This document shows, one piece after another, positions 10,460 to 24,365 of a DNA stretch of 64,000 nt. Made by a program: the position numbers and the translations under genes. The first letter of the stretch is position 1. Each line of letters begins with the position of its first letter. Below the pieces are notes generated by a model. The model searched no databases, was not told the DNA's origin, and saw nothing but the letters and a program-made list of their open reading frames with translations. Source of the stretch: Octopus sinensis (taxonomy: Eukaryota); the NCBI RefSeq assembly GCF_006345805.1, contig NC_043005.1:105958001-106022000 (forward strand), in the 5' to 3' direction.

Positions 10460-11633
10460 AGATAAGACCAGACACCCCTCAAGTGTTCCTGAAACTCTTA
10501 TCTTGTTAAAAGGGTGTAAATTTAGAAAGATTTGGCTGCTATTTCTAGCATGCCAGTGGTCATGAAGAGATTCTCTTGTTAGCTCACACCTGTCAGAAAT
10601 TAATAAGAGAGAGGTAAAAAGACTGAGAGAGAAAGGAAGAACTAACAAAGATACAGACAGAGGAAGGGAAAGAAGATAGAGAGAACAAGAGAAAAAGAAA
10701 GAGTGGCTACTTTAACGGCAGAGTGTGAAATTGGTTTCAACATAATGGAAGTACTGGAGACATTTTTTCTGCAGAGATTAAATCTTCCAACACAAAAATT
10801 TAATAAATAGCCCGAATAGTCACTGATTTGATTTTAAACTGCTGCCATATTTTGTCACAGTGAAAAAATTAAAAAAACATTACAGTACTAAACACATGTA
10901 CAAAAAAAAAAAAAAAAAAACAGAAGAACCCTATCAATTTGTTTCATTTTGGTATTTATCTGCTGCTAAATGTGTTAGTTTACACAATAAATTTAATTTA
11001 AATGCAATGGTTAAAAGTTAAATAATGTGACAAATTTAAAGGTTTTTAATTTTATTGAACAGACACTTTTTTCCTCCTTTCTTGTCCTAGCATTGTAACA
11101 GTGAAATTAATTTATTAACGAAGTAAGCAGTAAATTTTATGGAATTGAGGGAAAGTGTTGTTAAAATGATTATTGATCGTGTAACGAAGCTGTAATTAGT
11201 GATATGGTGTGGGGAGAATTAAGTAAATGTTGATTATCCAGAATAGCTGAGATAACTTTTAAATTAAGAATCTGCGGCTTATTTTGGAATCAGTTGGGGA
11301 TTTTCATGGTTTTTTTTTATTTTTAATTTGTATTTTTTTTTCTTGTAAAGATATACACAAGGGATTTGTACCAAAATGTGAGTCATATGTGTGCGTAGGT
11401 GTGTGTACATTGATTATACATACATGTAAATGTGTCTTTTGTATGTGTGTGTATATAGATATATATATAAGCACAATCACATGTACCCATGTACATACAT
11501 GCGCACACATGTATGTATATACATACATATATATATATATGTGTGTATATATATATGTATATATATATATGTATATATATATAGATATATAGATATATAT
11601 ATATATGTGTGTATATATATATATATGTATATA

Positions 11634-11678
<45 letters not shown>

Positions 11679-11977
11679 GAAAAAGGCAAAACTGAAGAAT
11701 TAGTTCATAATTGATTTCATTATGCCATCTTACATGTGTTTCAGTGAATATTATGGGTGGATTACGCAGTCCTAGCAAGGTAGGTTTTCTAAGTTTTCAC
11801 TTCATCGGATTCAGATATTGCTAACTATCTGTAGAATGAAACACGAACTATAACAGCTGAGATTTATTTGGGCAGTTTTCACTTTTGATGTATGGGGGCA
11901 GCATTTGTGGAGTTTTAAATACTGGTTATATGTCATGCGATTTAAATTGCTCTACACAAATATTTGCATGCATGTAT

Positions 11978-12192
11978 TCTTTCTTTTTTACTTGTTTCAG
12001 TCATTTGATTGTGGCCATGCTGGAGCACTGCAGTGAAGGGTTATAGATGAAGAAATCGAATTCAGGACTTATTCTTTGTGAGCCTAGTACTTATTCTATT
12101 AATCTCTTTTGCCAAACTGTTAAGTTACTAAAACATAATATACACCATCATCGATTGTCAATCAATGGCAGAGGGACAAACACAGACACACA
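11978..12192 (-). mobile_element. SINE-A 3' half
   Basis: Family match. Confidence 0.8.
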
Positions 12193-12218
12193 CAAATAAA
12201 TATGTGTATATATATATA

Positions 12219-12450
12219 TCATCATCATCGTTTAACATCCGTTTTCCATGCTAGCATGGGTTGGACGGTTCGACCAGGGTCTGGGAAGCCAGAAGGTTGC
12301 ACCAGGCTCCAGTCTGATCTGGCAGTATTTCTACAGCTGGATGCCCTTTCTAACGCCAACCATTCTGTGAGTGTAGTAGGTGCTTTTTACATGCCACCAG
12401 CACAGGTATCACAACTACAATTTCCATTTGATTTTTTTATGTTGATGTTG
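12219..12450 (-). mobile_element. RTE-type LINE 3' end
   Basis: Family match. Confidence 0.8.
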
Positions 12451-12454
12451 ATCT

Positions 12455-13720
12455 ACTTGATTCTGAGCCCATGTTGCACAAAGGAGCGAAGAGAGAAGAT
12501 TAATCCCTGATCACGGCAAAGACTGGAGTCTGGTTGGCCCCTGTGCAAGGACAATCCAAACACAGACAGGTGTTGTAAAGAATGACCAGTAGAGTGGAAA
12601 AGCATGAGACTGAGGTGTTGTTGCTGAGTCGGATGTCTCACAGGTGTTTCATGAACCAGTCAGCCAAGCGGCATCCCATTTGACTGATGTATAGAGAAGG
12701 ACAGAGAGAGCTGGAGATAACGTTGCTAGAAGTGCAGGTGAAGGAGTCAGTGATATGATAGGGTCGATGATGGGTGCCTGTGAGGAGGGAGGTGTTGGAG
12801 AGGTAGGGGTAAGTTTGACAGCATGGGTGGGAGCAGGGGAACAAGCCAGGTTGGGAGGCTGTGTTAGGGAAGAAGCCGTGGACGAAGAGGTCGCGTAGGT
12901 TAGTCGGGGAAGATGTACCAAGTGAAGGGGATTGGACTGGAGTCGCAGGAAGGCTCAGAGAATGGTGTGTTGGAGAGGTAGGGTGGTGGGGTAACAGGTG
13001 AAGGGAAATGGGAGATGGGTGACGGTGGGGTGGGTGTGGAGGAGAGAGCAGATGCACAGTCCATGGAACGTGCTCCGGCAAGGGCGGTGTGGATAGTGGT
13101 GAAGGGATATCCACATAGGATGAAGTGGTAAGCCATGAATTGAGACTGAGTTTCAAACCCATGTTCATCACTGCAGAGCCTGCATAGATGGAGGAATTGT
13201 GAATACTGGGATGGAGAACTTGGTGTGTTTAGGGTGGGAGGAGGAGAAGCTGCGGTATGAGTGTGAATCTGTGTGCTTGTGGTGGATGGAGGTGGTGAGA
13301 ATAGAGTGATGAATGCAGACCAAAATGTCAAGAAAGGTGACGGAAGTGTTGGAAATAGTGCAAGAGAAGTGAAGGGCAGGATGGAAAGATTGACAAAAGA
13401 GAGGAAGGAGTCTAGATGTTCACAGGAGAGTGAGGTTGCACCGATACAGTCGTCAATATAACGACCATATAGTTTGGGAGTGGGACCAGTGAAACTTGAG
13501 AATATTTGGGCCTCAATGTAGCCAATGAACAGGATCACATAGTTGGGGCCCATTCTCGTTCCCATGGCTAATCCCGATTTCTGCTGGTAAAAATCACCTG
13601 CGAACAAGAAGCAGTTAAGTGAGAGGACAAGTTCGGCCAGATGAAGGAGTATTATAGATGTGTCAGATTAGGGGTTGGGTCATCTGTGTGTGTGGTGAGA
13701 AAGACCTTGGAGGGTTTAGT
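12455..13720 (-). pseudogene. Decayed Penelope-like element: RT C-terminal half plus GIY-YIG endonuclease
   Basis: ORF 12900-13607 contains FAGDFYQQKSGLAMGTRMGP...GRYIDDCIG. Frameshifted downstream segments give FTCTSSNVI...SLYI...RLADWFMKHL. Confidence 0.9.
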
Positions 13721-13814
13721 CCATAATTTTGGGACTGAAATCTTTACCAACTCCAAAACAACACCATCGTACAATAGCAAAGATCTGTCTAGAGTAAGGA
13801 CTGAAAAGCCTGAA

Positions 13815-13917
13815 GTGTTTAGCTCAGGAAAGCAATGCATTGCCTGCTCCAGGAATTGAAACTACAATCTTAGGATCATGAGTCCAATGCTCTAACCACA
13901 AAGCCATGCCCCTCCAT
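13815..13917 (-). mobile_element. SINE-C tRNA-like head
   Basis: TGGCTTTGTGGTTAGAGCATTGGACTCATGATCC...TTTCAATTCC on the minus strand. Confidence 0.7.
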
Positions 13918-14281
13918 TGAAGAGTGGTAGTAGTTGATAGAAATTGAAGCATTTTTGGTCCTAAATAGAAAAGCTAGTTTTGTGATGTAATAGAGTGTAG
14001 AGAGGCCACTGAGTAAGGGTGATGCTAAGCATTGCTGGTGACTTTGAGTATTCTAGGTATATACAATTCGTGCTTAATGGTGGATGGGAAGAATAGTGTT
14101 ATTTTGAGATGTGCCGTGATTGTGCCTTTGTGCAGTTGATAGAAACCAGACTGGCATAATCCCACTGGAGGATGATTTTGAGGTTGTATTTCAGGGAGAT
14201 AGGAAAAGTGTGTGTGTGGACATGTGAGTGTGTGTGAACTAGTGAGTGTGTGTGTATAGAAAGATAGATTAGATATAGATA

Positions 14282-14671
14282 TCTCTCTATATATAAAGCT
14301 GAAGTTGTCTGTGTATGGCAGGTTTGGTAGCCTTCAACTAACACTATCTCCTCCGAGACCCTGCGGTACAAGTTGACCAAAATTGAGAATATGATAGAAG
14401 ACTTGCTCTTCCTTCCACAGACGGAAAAAATTCAAATCGGACCATGTTAGCACCAAAAATTATTAACATCAAAAGGTGCTTTTTTTTCAAAGAAAATTCC
14501 TATTTTGAACAATTTTGTGACTGCTGTGTCGCCATTTTTCAGTGTATTTCAACCAGAAAAATGTTCACTTAAAGAGAATAACAAGCTACATAATGCAAAA
14601 TTTTTACTTTTCAAAAATTCCAATTCTAAAGGGTCAAAACAAACCCGAGCAACACCGGGCAATACTGCTAG
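14282..14671 (+). mobile_element. Non-autonomous Helitron-like element
   Basis: 5' A|TC. Subterminal hairpin CCCGAGCAACACCGGG (14644-14659) about 8 nt before CTAG|T (14668-14671). No TSD. Confidence 0.75.
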
Positions 14672-14722
14672 TTTAGATACATAGTCATGCACACCCAAAT
14701 GCAACAAACGCACAAAGAAAAT

Positions 14723-14762
<40 letters not shown>

Positions 14763-15616
14763 GTGTGTGTGTGTGTGTGTACATATGCATATATATTTAC
14801 ATACACACACACATATATATACCTACATTTATATATATATATCATGTGTGTGTGTATGTGTGTGTGTGTGCATGTGCGTGTGCATGTGTGTACACACAAC
14901 TCATGCACGCAGAATGATGGATATATGCATCTAGATGTGTATATGAGGTATATTTACAAATGTAATTTGTCACAGAATACAGCAGAAACCAGGACCATAT
15001 ATTAGAACAATGAAAAACTAATAAAAAAACATCATGCCGCATGCAACGACAACAACAGCAACAACAACAACACAAACACTCCACCAACACCACAGCAACA
15101 GTAACAACACAGACACTACCAACATTAACACCAACAACAACAAAACCAATACGCAAGCAATACAACCACCATACATCATTACTCTCTTGATTCTATTTTA
15201 GAGTTTCCCTGCCCATTACTGCTGCGTATGACATTTATGGCCAACACAGATCACCATACAGTGTCCAGCATCCAGTTACACCAAATATATATTTCTTGAC
15301 CATATTTCATCACTTAATTCTTACTTTAAACAACCCCAAATATTGCCAACTTGGAACAGAACTCGGTCAGCCATTCCTTATTTGTTTCCGTTATATTTTT
15401 TGTAATTAGATTTTCCTCACAATATTTTATATATTTTTAGCTTTTTTTTTTATTTATTGGTCCAGTCTTATTTTGCTCACCTCCAGCCCCCTTCTCCACC
15501 CCATACTGCCCAGTGTCCAGTCAGAATAACTGATTCATTCTTGTCAGTATTTATATCTTTCCTCTACTTTTCCAATGCTTCTCTCTTTATGCTTTACTCG
15601 TCATTCATTTGTCATC

Positions 15617-15673
<57 letters not shown>

Positions 15674-16240
15674 CATATTATTATTATTATTATTATATTA
15701 TTATTATTATCATAATTATTATTATTATATTATTATTATTATTATTATTATTATCATTATTATTATTATTATTATTATTATCATTGTTGTTGTTGTTGTT
15801 GTTGTTTCTATTACTGTTTATTTATTGGAGTAGGTAGAGTGGTCACAGGGTGACAACACAGTGTTGAAAGGGTAGTGGCAAGATGGTAACAAAATGATGG
15901 AAGGGTGTCGGCAGGTGATGGAGATGTAGTCATAAGGTAGTGAAAAGGTGATGAAAGAATGGTGATAGGATGGCGATAGATTCCTGAATGAAATGCCTTG
16001 TGGTATTTGGTTATATCCTTTTACAATCAAAGTTTAATTCCAATAAAGAATGATTTATTTTTACTATTCTCTGTCAGAAGTGGACAATGTATATAAGTAC
16101 CAGCTAACAACTGTTGGGCCTGCTTAATTAGCCGTTTCCCTCTCACTAAATTATAACTCTCATCATCATCATCATCATCACTGTCATCGTTTTCATCATT
16201 GTCCTTGTCGTCATCATCGTCATCATCATCATTATTAAGA

Positions 16241-16453
16241 AGGCAGTGAGCTGGCAGAATCATTAACATGTCTGTGGAAATGCTTAGTGGCATTTATCTG
16301 TCTTTGCGTTCTGAGTTCAAATTCTGCCGAAGTCAGCTTTGCCTTTCATCCCTTTTGAGTCGATAAAATAAGTACCAGTTGAGCACCGGGGTCGATACAT
16401 TTGACTTATCCCCCAACCGCCGAAATTGCTGGCCTTGTGCCAAAATTTGAAAC
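16241..16453 (+). mobile_element. SINE-B (tRNA-like head) with (ATT)n tail
   Basis: GAGCTGGCAGAA...GAGTTCAAATTC head and CTTTGCCTTTCATCC...GTCGATAAAATAAGTACCAG core. Confidence 0.85.
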
Positions 16454-16503
<50 letters not shown>

Positions 16504-16510
16504 TTATTCC

Positions 16511-16692
16511 ATGAGTAACCTTTCAAAGTGCCTCCCCCTATTGGGAGTTTTTACTTGTTATATTTTCGTTGTTATCTTGCATTTTTACATGGACTTTTCA
16601 AACGGACAAAACCCTTTTTGTAACTTTTGTCCTGTATTTTATCCTTGCATGTTTTATTTAATTTTGTTAGCCCTTGTGGCCAATAAACGAAT
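16511..16692 (+). mobile_element. Probable LINE 3' UTR fragment
   Basis: Ends AGCCCTTGTGGCCAATAAA, similar to the SINE-B tail and to 58730-58780. Confidence 0.4.
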
Positions 16693-16927
16693 TAATTATT
16701 ATTATTATTTTTAAGGCAAAAAGCCATCACAATTGCTTGTGTATCAGACAGAATACTTATATATAGATATATGATAATATGTATACAATCCACATGGCAA
16801 GGCTAATTGACAAAACAAGATGAACTTTATATTTTGAAATTCACTTGGGCTGCTTTCTTTATGAAGAAGAGACCACAATCATCTAGGCAGAGAGTGTAAT
16901 GTTTATACATGTATACATATATATCAA

Positions 16928-17340
16928 CATCATCATCATCATAATTAATAGTCCATATTCCATAATTTCATGGGTTGGATGGTTTGACAGGAGTTGGCAA
17001 GTCAGAAAACTGCACCAAGTTCCACGGTCTGTTTTGGCATGATTTTTAAGGCTGGTTGTCCTTTCTAATGCCAACTAGTTTACAAAGCAGATGGGGTGAT
17101 TTTTATGTGGCACCAGCACCGGTGAGGTCACCAAATAACTTGCAAACCAAAGACCATTTGAGATATGGATGATATCTAAAGGAGGTGGTTTCGTTTTGTG
17201 CCAAGTGATGAGGGACAGAAGCAGGTGTCTTGCTGTAAGGAGACATGGTTATTTCAGTTGGAGAGAGAGAGAAAGTGAGAGAAAGGGAGATGGTAGCTAA
17301 GTGCTAGGGCATACTCTCAAGGTATGATGACATGAATATA
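16928..17340 (-). mobile_element. Diverged subfamily related to the RTE 3' end
   Basis: (CAT)n end. Homologous to 8555-8830. Confidence 0.55.
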
Positions 17341-17384
17341 AATAGCATGGTACAGAACTGACTTGGGTGTGTGAGCACCATATA

Positions 17385-17672
17385 TCATCATCATCATCAT
17401 CGTTTAACGTCCGCTTTCCATGCTAGCATGGGTTGGACGATTTGACTGAGGACTGGCGAGCCAGATGGCTGCACCAGGCTCCAATCCTGATCTGGCAGAG
17501 TTTCTACAGCTGGATGCCCTTCATAACGCCAACCACTCCGAGAGTGTAGTGGACGCTTTTAAAGTGCCACCGACACAAGGACCAGTCTGGCTGTACTGGC
17601 AACGGCCATGCTCAAAAATGGTGTTTTTTTATGTGCCACCTGCACAGGAGTCAGTCCAGCAGCTCTGGCAAT
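17385..17672 (-). mobile_element. RTE-type LINE 3' end
   Basis: Family match. Confidence 0.85.
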
Positions 17673-17743
17673 TACATATATATAATATATATATATATAT
17701 ATGTATAAATATATATTATATATAAATATATATATAATAATAT

Positions 17744-17785
<42 letters not shown>

Positions 17786-17807
17786 CTATATATATATATA
17801 TATATAT

Positions 17808-17867
<60 letters not shown>

Positions 17868-18019
17868 TATATATACATACACACATATATATATATATAT
17901 ACACACATTCATATGTACAGATACAGGCACACATATATATAGCATATCAGTGTGTGCATGTATTTATGTATCTGTTTCTGTTCATGTGTGCCTTTATATG
18001 TTCAGTGCTTGAAGGCCTA

Positions 18020-18490
18020 TAACACATTCTGTCCCCAGAAGATCCTTCCAGTCATTTGGCAGAAGAGGATAACGCATAAAAACTCTTCATTAAATGAAGA
18101 ACGGCAGCATCGAACAGCTATTGAGTAAGATGGCTTTGACACTTAGTATGTCTGAGTGTTGTTTTTACCTTGTAGGATTCTTTGTTCTTAATGAGTAGCT
18201 ACATCATGGCTAATATTTGGCTGAAGGTCCAAAGAAGTAGCTAAAAATACCAGTTGAAGACCACTTTGAAGAGGAGGGACACCAACTATTCAAGAGTTGA
18301 AAATTCTGCAAGGCAAGCCATCTGATGGACACCCTAAAGGAGACAGAAGCATGGCAGACCAGAAACAACAGAAACTGAAACACTGGCAGGTGGCTACACC
18401 TGGGGACAAATGCAATCCATGGCTAAAATCAAATACAGAGATCCTTTTTTGGGACCCTATTTTCCACATGGAGTTACAAGAATGACAGAA
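18020..18490 (+). pseudogene. RTE-type LINE ORF C-terminal remnant
   Basis: Interrupted translation RQAI*WTP*RRQKHGRP...GGYTWGQMQSMAK resembles the RTE C-terminal region (RGRP..TW). Confidence 0.6.
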
Positions 18491-18679
18491 GATTAAGAAG
18501 GTACACAGTAATAACTGGTAATAACATGTTTCATCATTGACAGAAGCTGTACATGATGGATTATGGATGTACAGTCACTTCAAGATCTACAAAGGAAAGA
18601 GAAGATGGCAATCGTTGGAGTCAATGAATAACTATTGGAAGTTAAGCATACGACACAGCTGTGGCCATATAAGCACAAG

Positions 18680-18829
18680 TGTGGCTGTGTGGCAAGTTTA
18701 CTTCCCATTCGCTTGGTTCCTAGTTCAGTTCCACTGCATGACACCCTGGGCAAGTGTCTTCTACTATAGTCTCAGGCTGATCAAAGTCTTGTGGGTGGAT
18801 TTGTTCAACAAAAACTGAAAGATGCTCAT

Positions 18830-18835
<6 letters not shown>
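18680..18835 (+). mobile_element. SINE-A 5' half, diverged
   Basis: Family match. Confidence 0.75.
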
Positions 18836-18865
<30 letters not shown>

Positions 18866-18998
18866 TAGGTGAATGAATTATCCTAATATGGAAAATTCGG
18901 TTAACCGATACCTGGGTAGCAAATTCACGTCAGAAATTTTGTTAAAATATTCGTTCGACTCCATTCTTTCATTTATTCATATATATATATATATATGA

Positions 18999-19198
18999 TC
19001 TTTTCTACTCTAGGCACAAGGCCCGAAATTTTGGGGGAGGGGCCAGTCAATTAGATCGACCCCAGTACACATTGGCACTTAATTTATCAATCCCAAAAGG
19101 ATGAAAGGCAAAGTTGACCTCAGCAGAATTTGAACTCAGAATGTAAAGACAGACAAAATACTGCTAAGCATTTCACTTGACTTGCTAATGTTTCTGCC
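18999..19198 (-). mobile_element. SINE-B
   Basis: Family match. Confidence 0.85.
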
Positions 19199-19590
19199 TT
19201 AAGAAATTGGTAAATATTGAAAGGCAAAATATATACCAGGTTGCTAGATATTTTTTTCAACCAAAACTCTGTGAGACTAGTATATCAGAGTGGACAATGT
19301 CCAATGATTGAGAACTGTAAAGCACAAAAGAATATATATGCTTATATATCCTTGAGTGTAATTGCATATATTTGTGCATGTGTACATGTATATTTATCAC
19401 ACAATATGAGTATATAGCAGTGTGTGCAATTATATTTTGTGTATATAGGCACAAGCTTTGAGTGCACATAAAAGTCTGCAATAGAGTTGATGCACATATA
19501 TTTCATTTTATTTATCATACTTGTCTAACATCTCAGGTTTGACTAGAGCACTTCTATGCAAATCTATGTGTTTCGTAAGAAAAATGTAAC

Positions 19591-19638
<48 letters not shown>

Positions 19639-19650
19639 TACATACATCAT

Positions 19651-19745
19651 CATCATCATCGTTTAACGTCCGTTTTCCATGCTACCATGGGTTGGACGGT
19701 TTGACCCATGCTAGCATGGAAAACGGACGTTAAACGATGATGATG
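19651..19745. repeat. Fold-back of the RTE 3' terminus
   Basis: 42-bp arms (19651-19692, 19704-19745), one mismatch, 11-nt loop. Confidence 0.9.
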
Positions 19746-20451
19746 TATGTAGATGTGTGTGTGTGTGTATATATATATGATATGTGTGTGTATATGTATA
19801 TATATATATATATATATAAATATATATATGATATGTGTGCGTATATGTATATATATATACATACATATATATACATGGTATGTATGCATATGTGTATACA
19901 CACACATACATTTGTTTGTTTGTCTCTCCTCTATGTATGTGTGAGTATGCATGCATGTGTGTAAATATTACAATGTGCATGAGAATGCATGTATGTGTAC
20001 ACGTACAGTATGCACAATTGCTTGTATGTGTCTACATGCCTGCATGCATATATCTGAATATTTATTAATGTATGCATATTGCTTGATCATCACGCATGTA
20101 TGTATATATATAAACTTGAAAGCATGTGCATCTTGGCATTTCTATCTATACTGAATGCGTCTGTCACCATAATGTACATGACAATTGCATGTAAGCCTGC
20201 ACACAGGCATGTGTGTATAATATATCTGTATATTAATGTATGTGCATACATGTGCATTTACAATGCAAAGAGCAAAGACAGTATTTGAGGACGTCAAGAT
20301 AAAGAAAGAAGATAAATACATATGCAAAAAATATATAAATATATAAATAGAACAAGAAAAAGAAACCCTTAAAAAAAATCAATGGGGTCCCTAGATGAAT
20401 GGAAGTTGGTAGACAGAAGGGAACACATTAGAAAAAGCAAGTAACCCTTAT

Positions 20452-20488
<37 letters not shown>

Positions 20489-22794
20489 CTACTTCGCTCT
20501 GTATATATTTATCTCTTTCTATGGATTTGTACAGAGTTGCACAGCCCTGTCTAGTCCACCCTAGCCCTGCCCAGCCCCTGTTCTGTCCACCTCCCACCAG
20601 CCCTGCCCAAAACAATTTGGAATTATAAATTCTGGACGCAGTGGATGATTTGTTGGTGGTGGTCAAATGATTTATGTGTTGTAACTGACCATTAAAGCCT
20701 GCTACACTTACTGGACATCAACAAGGAGAAGGGAAGAAAGGAGTTGCCGGGGGGGGGGGAGGAGGGAGAGAGGAGGTAGTGGGATGAGGAAGATATATAG
20801 AAGTGATAAACAATTGTAACACATACATTAACATACACAAACACAGACACGTATACACATATACACACATACCTGCATATGCACACAAATATATATTTGC
20901 ACAGAAATATGCACACATTTGCTGTTTGTCTTGTTGTTGGTGGTGGGGGTGGGGGTGCTGGTGTTGTTGTTGTTGTTGTGGTGGTGGTGGTGGTGGTGGT
21001 GGTGGTGGTGGTGGTATTGTCTTTATTTTTTTGTTGACAGTTGGGGGACATCATCTTTTTTTTTGTTTGTTTGCAGTGCGGATGATAGTGATGGGAACAG
21101 GAATATCAGTGGGGGTGAGGAAGAATGTTGCCTTTGTTGTTGTATAAACCTAGGTCAACCCTGATTGAGCAAACTTACAATAAATATGTTCCAAACATGA
21201 CCATCCTATCATTTTAGTATTTTTTTTTTTGAGATTTGACTGTTATTTTTAGCAGAGTGAGCAATCCTGTAGGAGCTGCTTTGTTGACCAGATTGGCAGT
21301 GTTTGTAGTATTTCAGTTTTCATTTGTAATGGTAGTATTACTGCTGTTCTTTTGTTCAGATCAGTCCTGATCAAGCACCATTAGGATCAAAGACATTCCA
21401 GACAGGACCAAACCTTCCTTTTTTTATCTCTATGAAAAAACCCAGACCTGTATTATTCAATGAGTTCTTATCTGAAGTGTTGATGTGCAATATGAAGGGG
21501 GATTCAGCTGCTATTTCTTGCAGGCTCCCCATTTGGCTCATCTCAATGGTATTGGTGATGGTGATGATATAGATGTCGATTTTGATAATAGTGGAGGTGT
21601 TCTTTTTGTTGTTGTTGTTTAACCACAGGTCAGTGTATAGTTAATCAAGATTATGGTTAATTAAGACAACTGCAGTACGTTAGCGGAATTTATTTAGTTG
21701 ACGACTGAGGAATGAAATATGAATTTAATAAAACACTGCAAGGCATTCTGTTTGATGTGAGAATGGAAATCATGTATGTATATATGTATATATGTATGTG
21801 CATATGTATATGTTTGTATGTATGTATTTATGTATGTCATTATTCAGTTTTATTTCAAGATTTCTTGCCAATAGAGAAAGAGCTTGTTTGTAACCTACAT
21901 CAGTGTGTATGTATGTATGTATGTATGTATGTATGTATGTGTGTGTGTATGTGTGTGTGTGTATGTATTATGTGTGTGCATGCATGTATGTATGTATGTA
22001 TGTATGTATGTATGTATGTATGTATGTGTGTATGTGTGTGTGTATGTATGTATATATGTATGTATGTATGTATGCATGTGTATATATGATCAAAGGTATG
22101 TATGTATATGTATGTATGTATGTAGTATGTATGTATGTATGTATGTATGTATGTATTATGTGTGTGCATGTATGTATGTATGTATGTGTGTATGTATGCA
22201 TGCATGTGTATATATCATCAAAGGTATTAGAATCATAATCAGCCTTTCTTTTTTTTTTCTAGGCATAGTGTAACCTGGATTACATTATACAATGTACTCT
22301 TGTTTTTTTTTTTAATTTGATAGCTTGTGATTTCAGATAGATTTGGTTGCCGTTCTTGTAGATCAAGTGAGCCAAATGTGGCTCCCCCATTGACTTGCAA
22401 GATTTTCTCTAGGCAAAAGGGGTGTTGTTGTTGTTTGCTTTGCCCTCACATCCAAATTAACTCTAATACAACAATCCTATGATCTAAGGCATTCTAGACA
22501 TGACCATCCTGCATTTTCCTTATGGTTAGAAACCCAGGAACATCTTAAGCAATGTAATCTTTTTTAAAACTGATCGGTATGAGGTGATTTGGCAACTATT
22601 TCTAGCAGGTCATACAACCATGTCAATGCTCTGTGTTATTGCAGCTATCATTAAGACTATTACTATTGTTGTTGTTGTAGTTGGTGTTCTTCCCATTACT
22701 AGAGATTTTATTGATGTTGTTGTTGTTGTTGTTGTTATTGTTTCAAAATATGCCATTGCAGTTGAGGCGATGATGGTGGTTGTAATTGAAGGCT

Positions 22795-22828
<34 letters not shown>

Positions 22829-22956
22829 CGTTGTTGTTGTTGTTCCTGCTGCTACTGTTGTTTTTCCATCCCTTTGTGTGTGGAAAGATTTCAAATGATA
22901 AATGATTCTTGAGAAGAATATAAATATTAAAGGAAATAAACAAGAAAGCAAAAGAA

Positions 22957-22992
<36 letters not shown>

Positions 22993-23455
22993 GTATAAAG
23001 AAAATATGTAAAAAAAAAATGTAGTTGAAGAAAAGAAGCCGTATGGAAAATATGAAAGTAAATAAAAACATAAAAATGGTAATGTCCATTCTATGGCCAC
23101 AGCTTTTCCATGACACTTAAAGAAATAAGAACCCTGCCCTGCTCTGCCCCTACTCCTTCCCATCCAATCCCTACTGCTACTATTCACCTTACACACTCCT
23201 TCCTCATCGCCCTTCAGCCTAACCCCACCCCCACTTCTAGCCTGGTTTATTTCTCTAATATTAATGTAAAATCTACAAAGACGGACATAAAATATTTCTC
23301 ACCCAACCTTCCTTGCTCTCTGCTTTTGTGCATGCATGTATATCTGCATGTATGTGGATGTAATTATGATTGTGTGTACATGGTGAACATATATATGCCT
23401 GTGAGTGTATGTGGCAATGTGTATGTATGTACATATCACATTTCATGTATGTATG

Positions 23456-23486
<31 letters not shown>

Positions 23487-23958
23487 CTATGTATGTATAT
23501 ATGTATGTAAGTATGTATGAATGTATGTGTGTGTACATGTGTATAGTGTATGTACATAATGTAAATAGCATATGTACATAGTCAGTATATAAGTGCATAT
23601 GTTGTGATATATATATATATATATATATATTTGACAGGTTATATGTATGTGTATGTGTGTGTTTTTGTGTGTGTGTGTATGCATTTGTGTGTGTGTGTGT
23701 TGTATACTGTGTAAGTACATACATATGGCAAATTGCATGTACATAGTGTATACATAGTATAAGTAAATTTATGTGTATGTGTGTGTGTGTGTGTGTGTAT
23801 TTGAGGTGTGTATGCATGTACAAATAACTGCTACTGTCTGTGTGTATAAACTTGAGTTGATACTCATTGTTCTTAGCTGATATATCTTTGGTGATATTTT
23901 CATGAGTTTACACATTGATACTCCCTGTGATGCATTGGTACTCACCTTGATACACTGA

Positions 23959-24365
23959 TACTCTTTTACTCTTTTATTTGTTTCAGTCATTTGACTGAGG
24001 CCATGCTGGAGCACCGCCTTTAGTCGAGCAAATCGACCCCAGGATTTATTCTTTGTAAGCCCAGTACTTATTCTATCGGTCTCTTTTTGCTGAACCGCTA
24101 AGTGACGGGGACGTAAACACACTAGCATCGGTTGTCAAGCAATGCTAGGGGGACAAACACAGACACACAAACACACACACACACATATATATATACATAT
24201 ATACGACAGGCTTCTTTCAGTTTCCATCTACCAAATCCACTCACAAGGCATTGGTCGGCCCGGGGCTATAGCAGAAGACACTTGCCCAAGATGCCACGCA
24301 GTGGGACTGAACCCAGAACCATGTGGTTGGTTAGCAAGCTACTTAACACACAGCCACTCCTGCGT
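23959..24365 (-). mobile_element. SINE-A, full length
   Basis: Family match. Flanked by direct repeats of about 75 bp. Confidence 0.9.

Noticed and set aside
10900-10920. Poly(A) tail of a processed pseudogene
   Set aside because: No upstream ORF, properly spaced poly(A) signal or TSD.
12900-13607. Intact 235-aa reverse transcriptase gene
   Set aside because: The PLE RT homology is frameshifted after the YIDD region and the GIY-YIG part is interrupted, so it is a decayed element.
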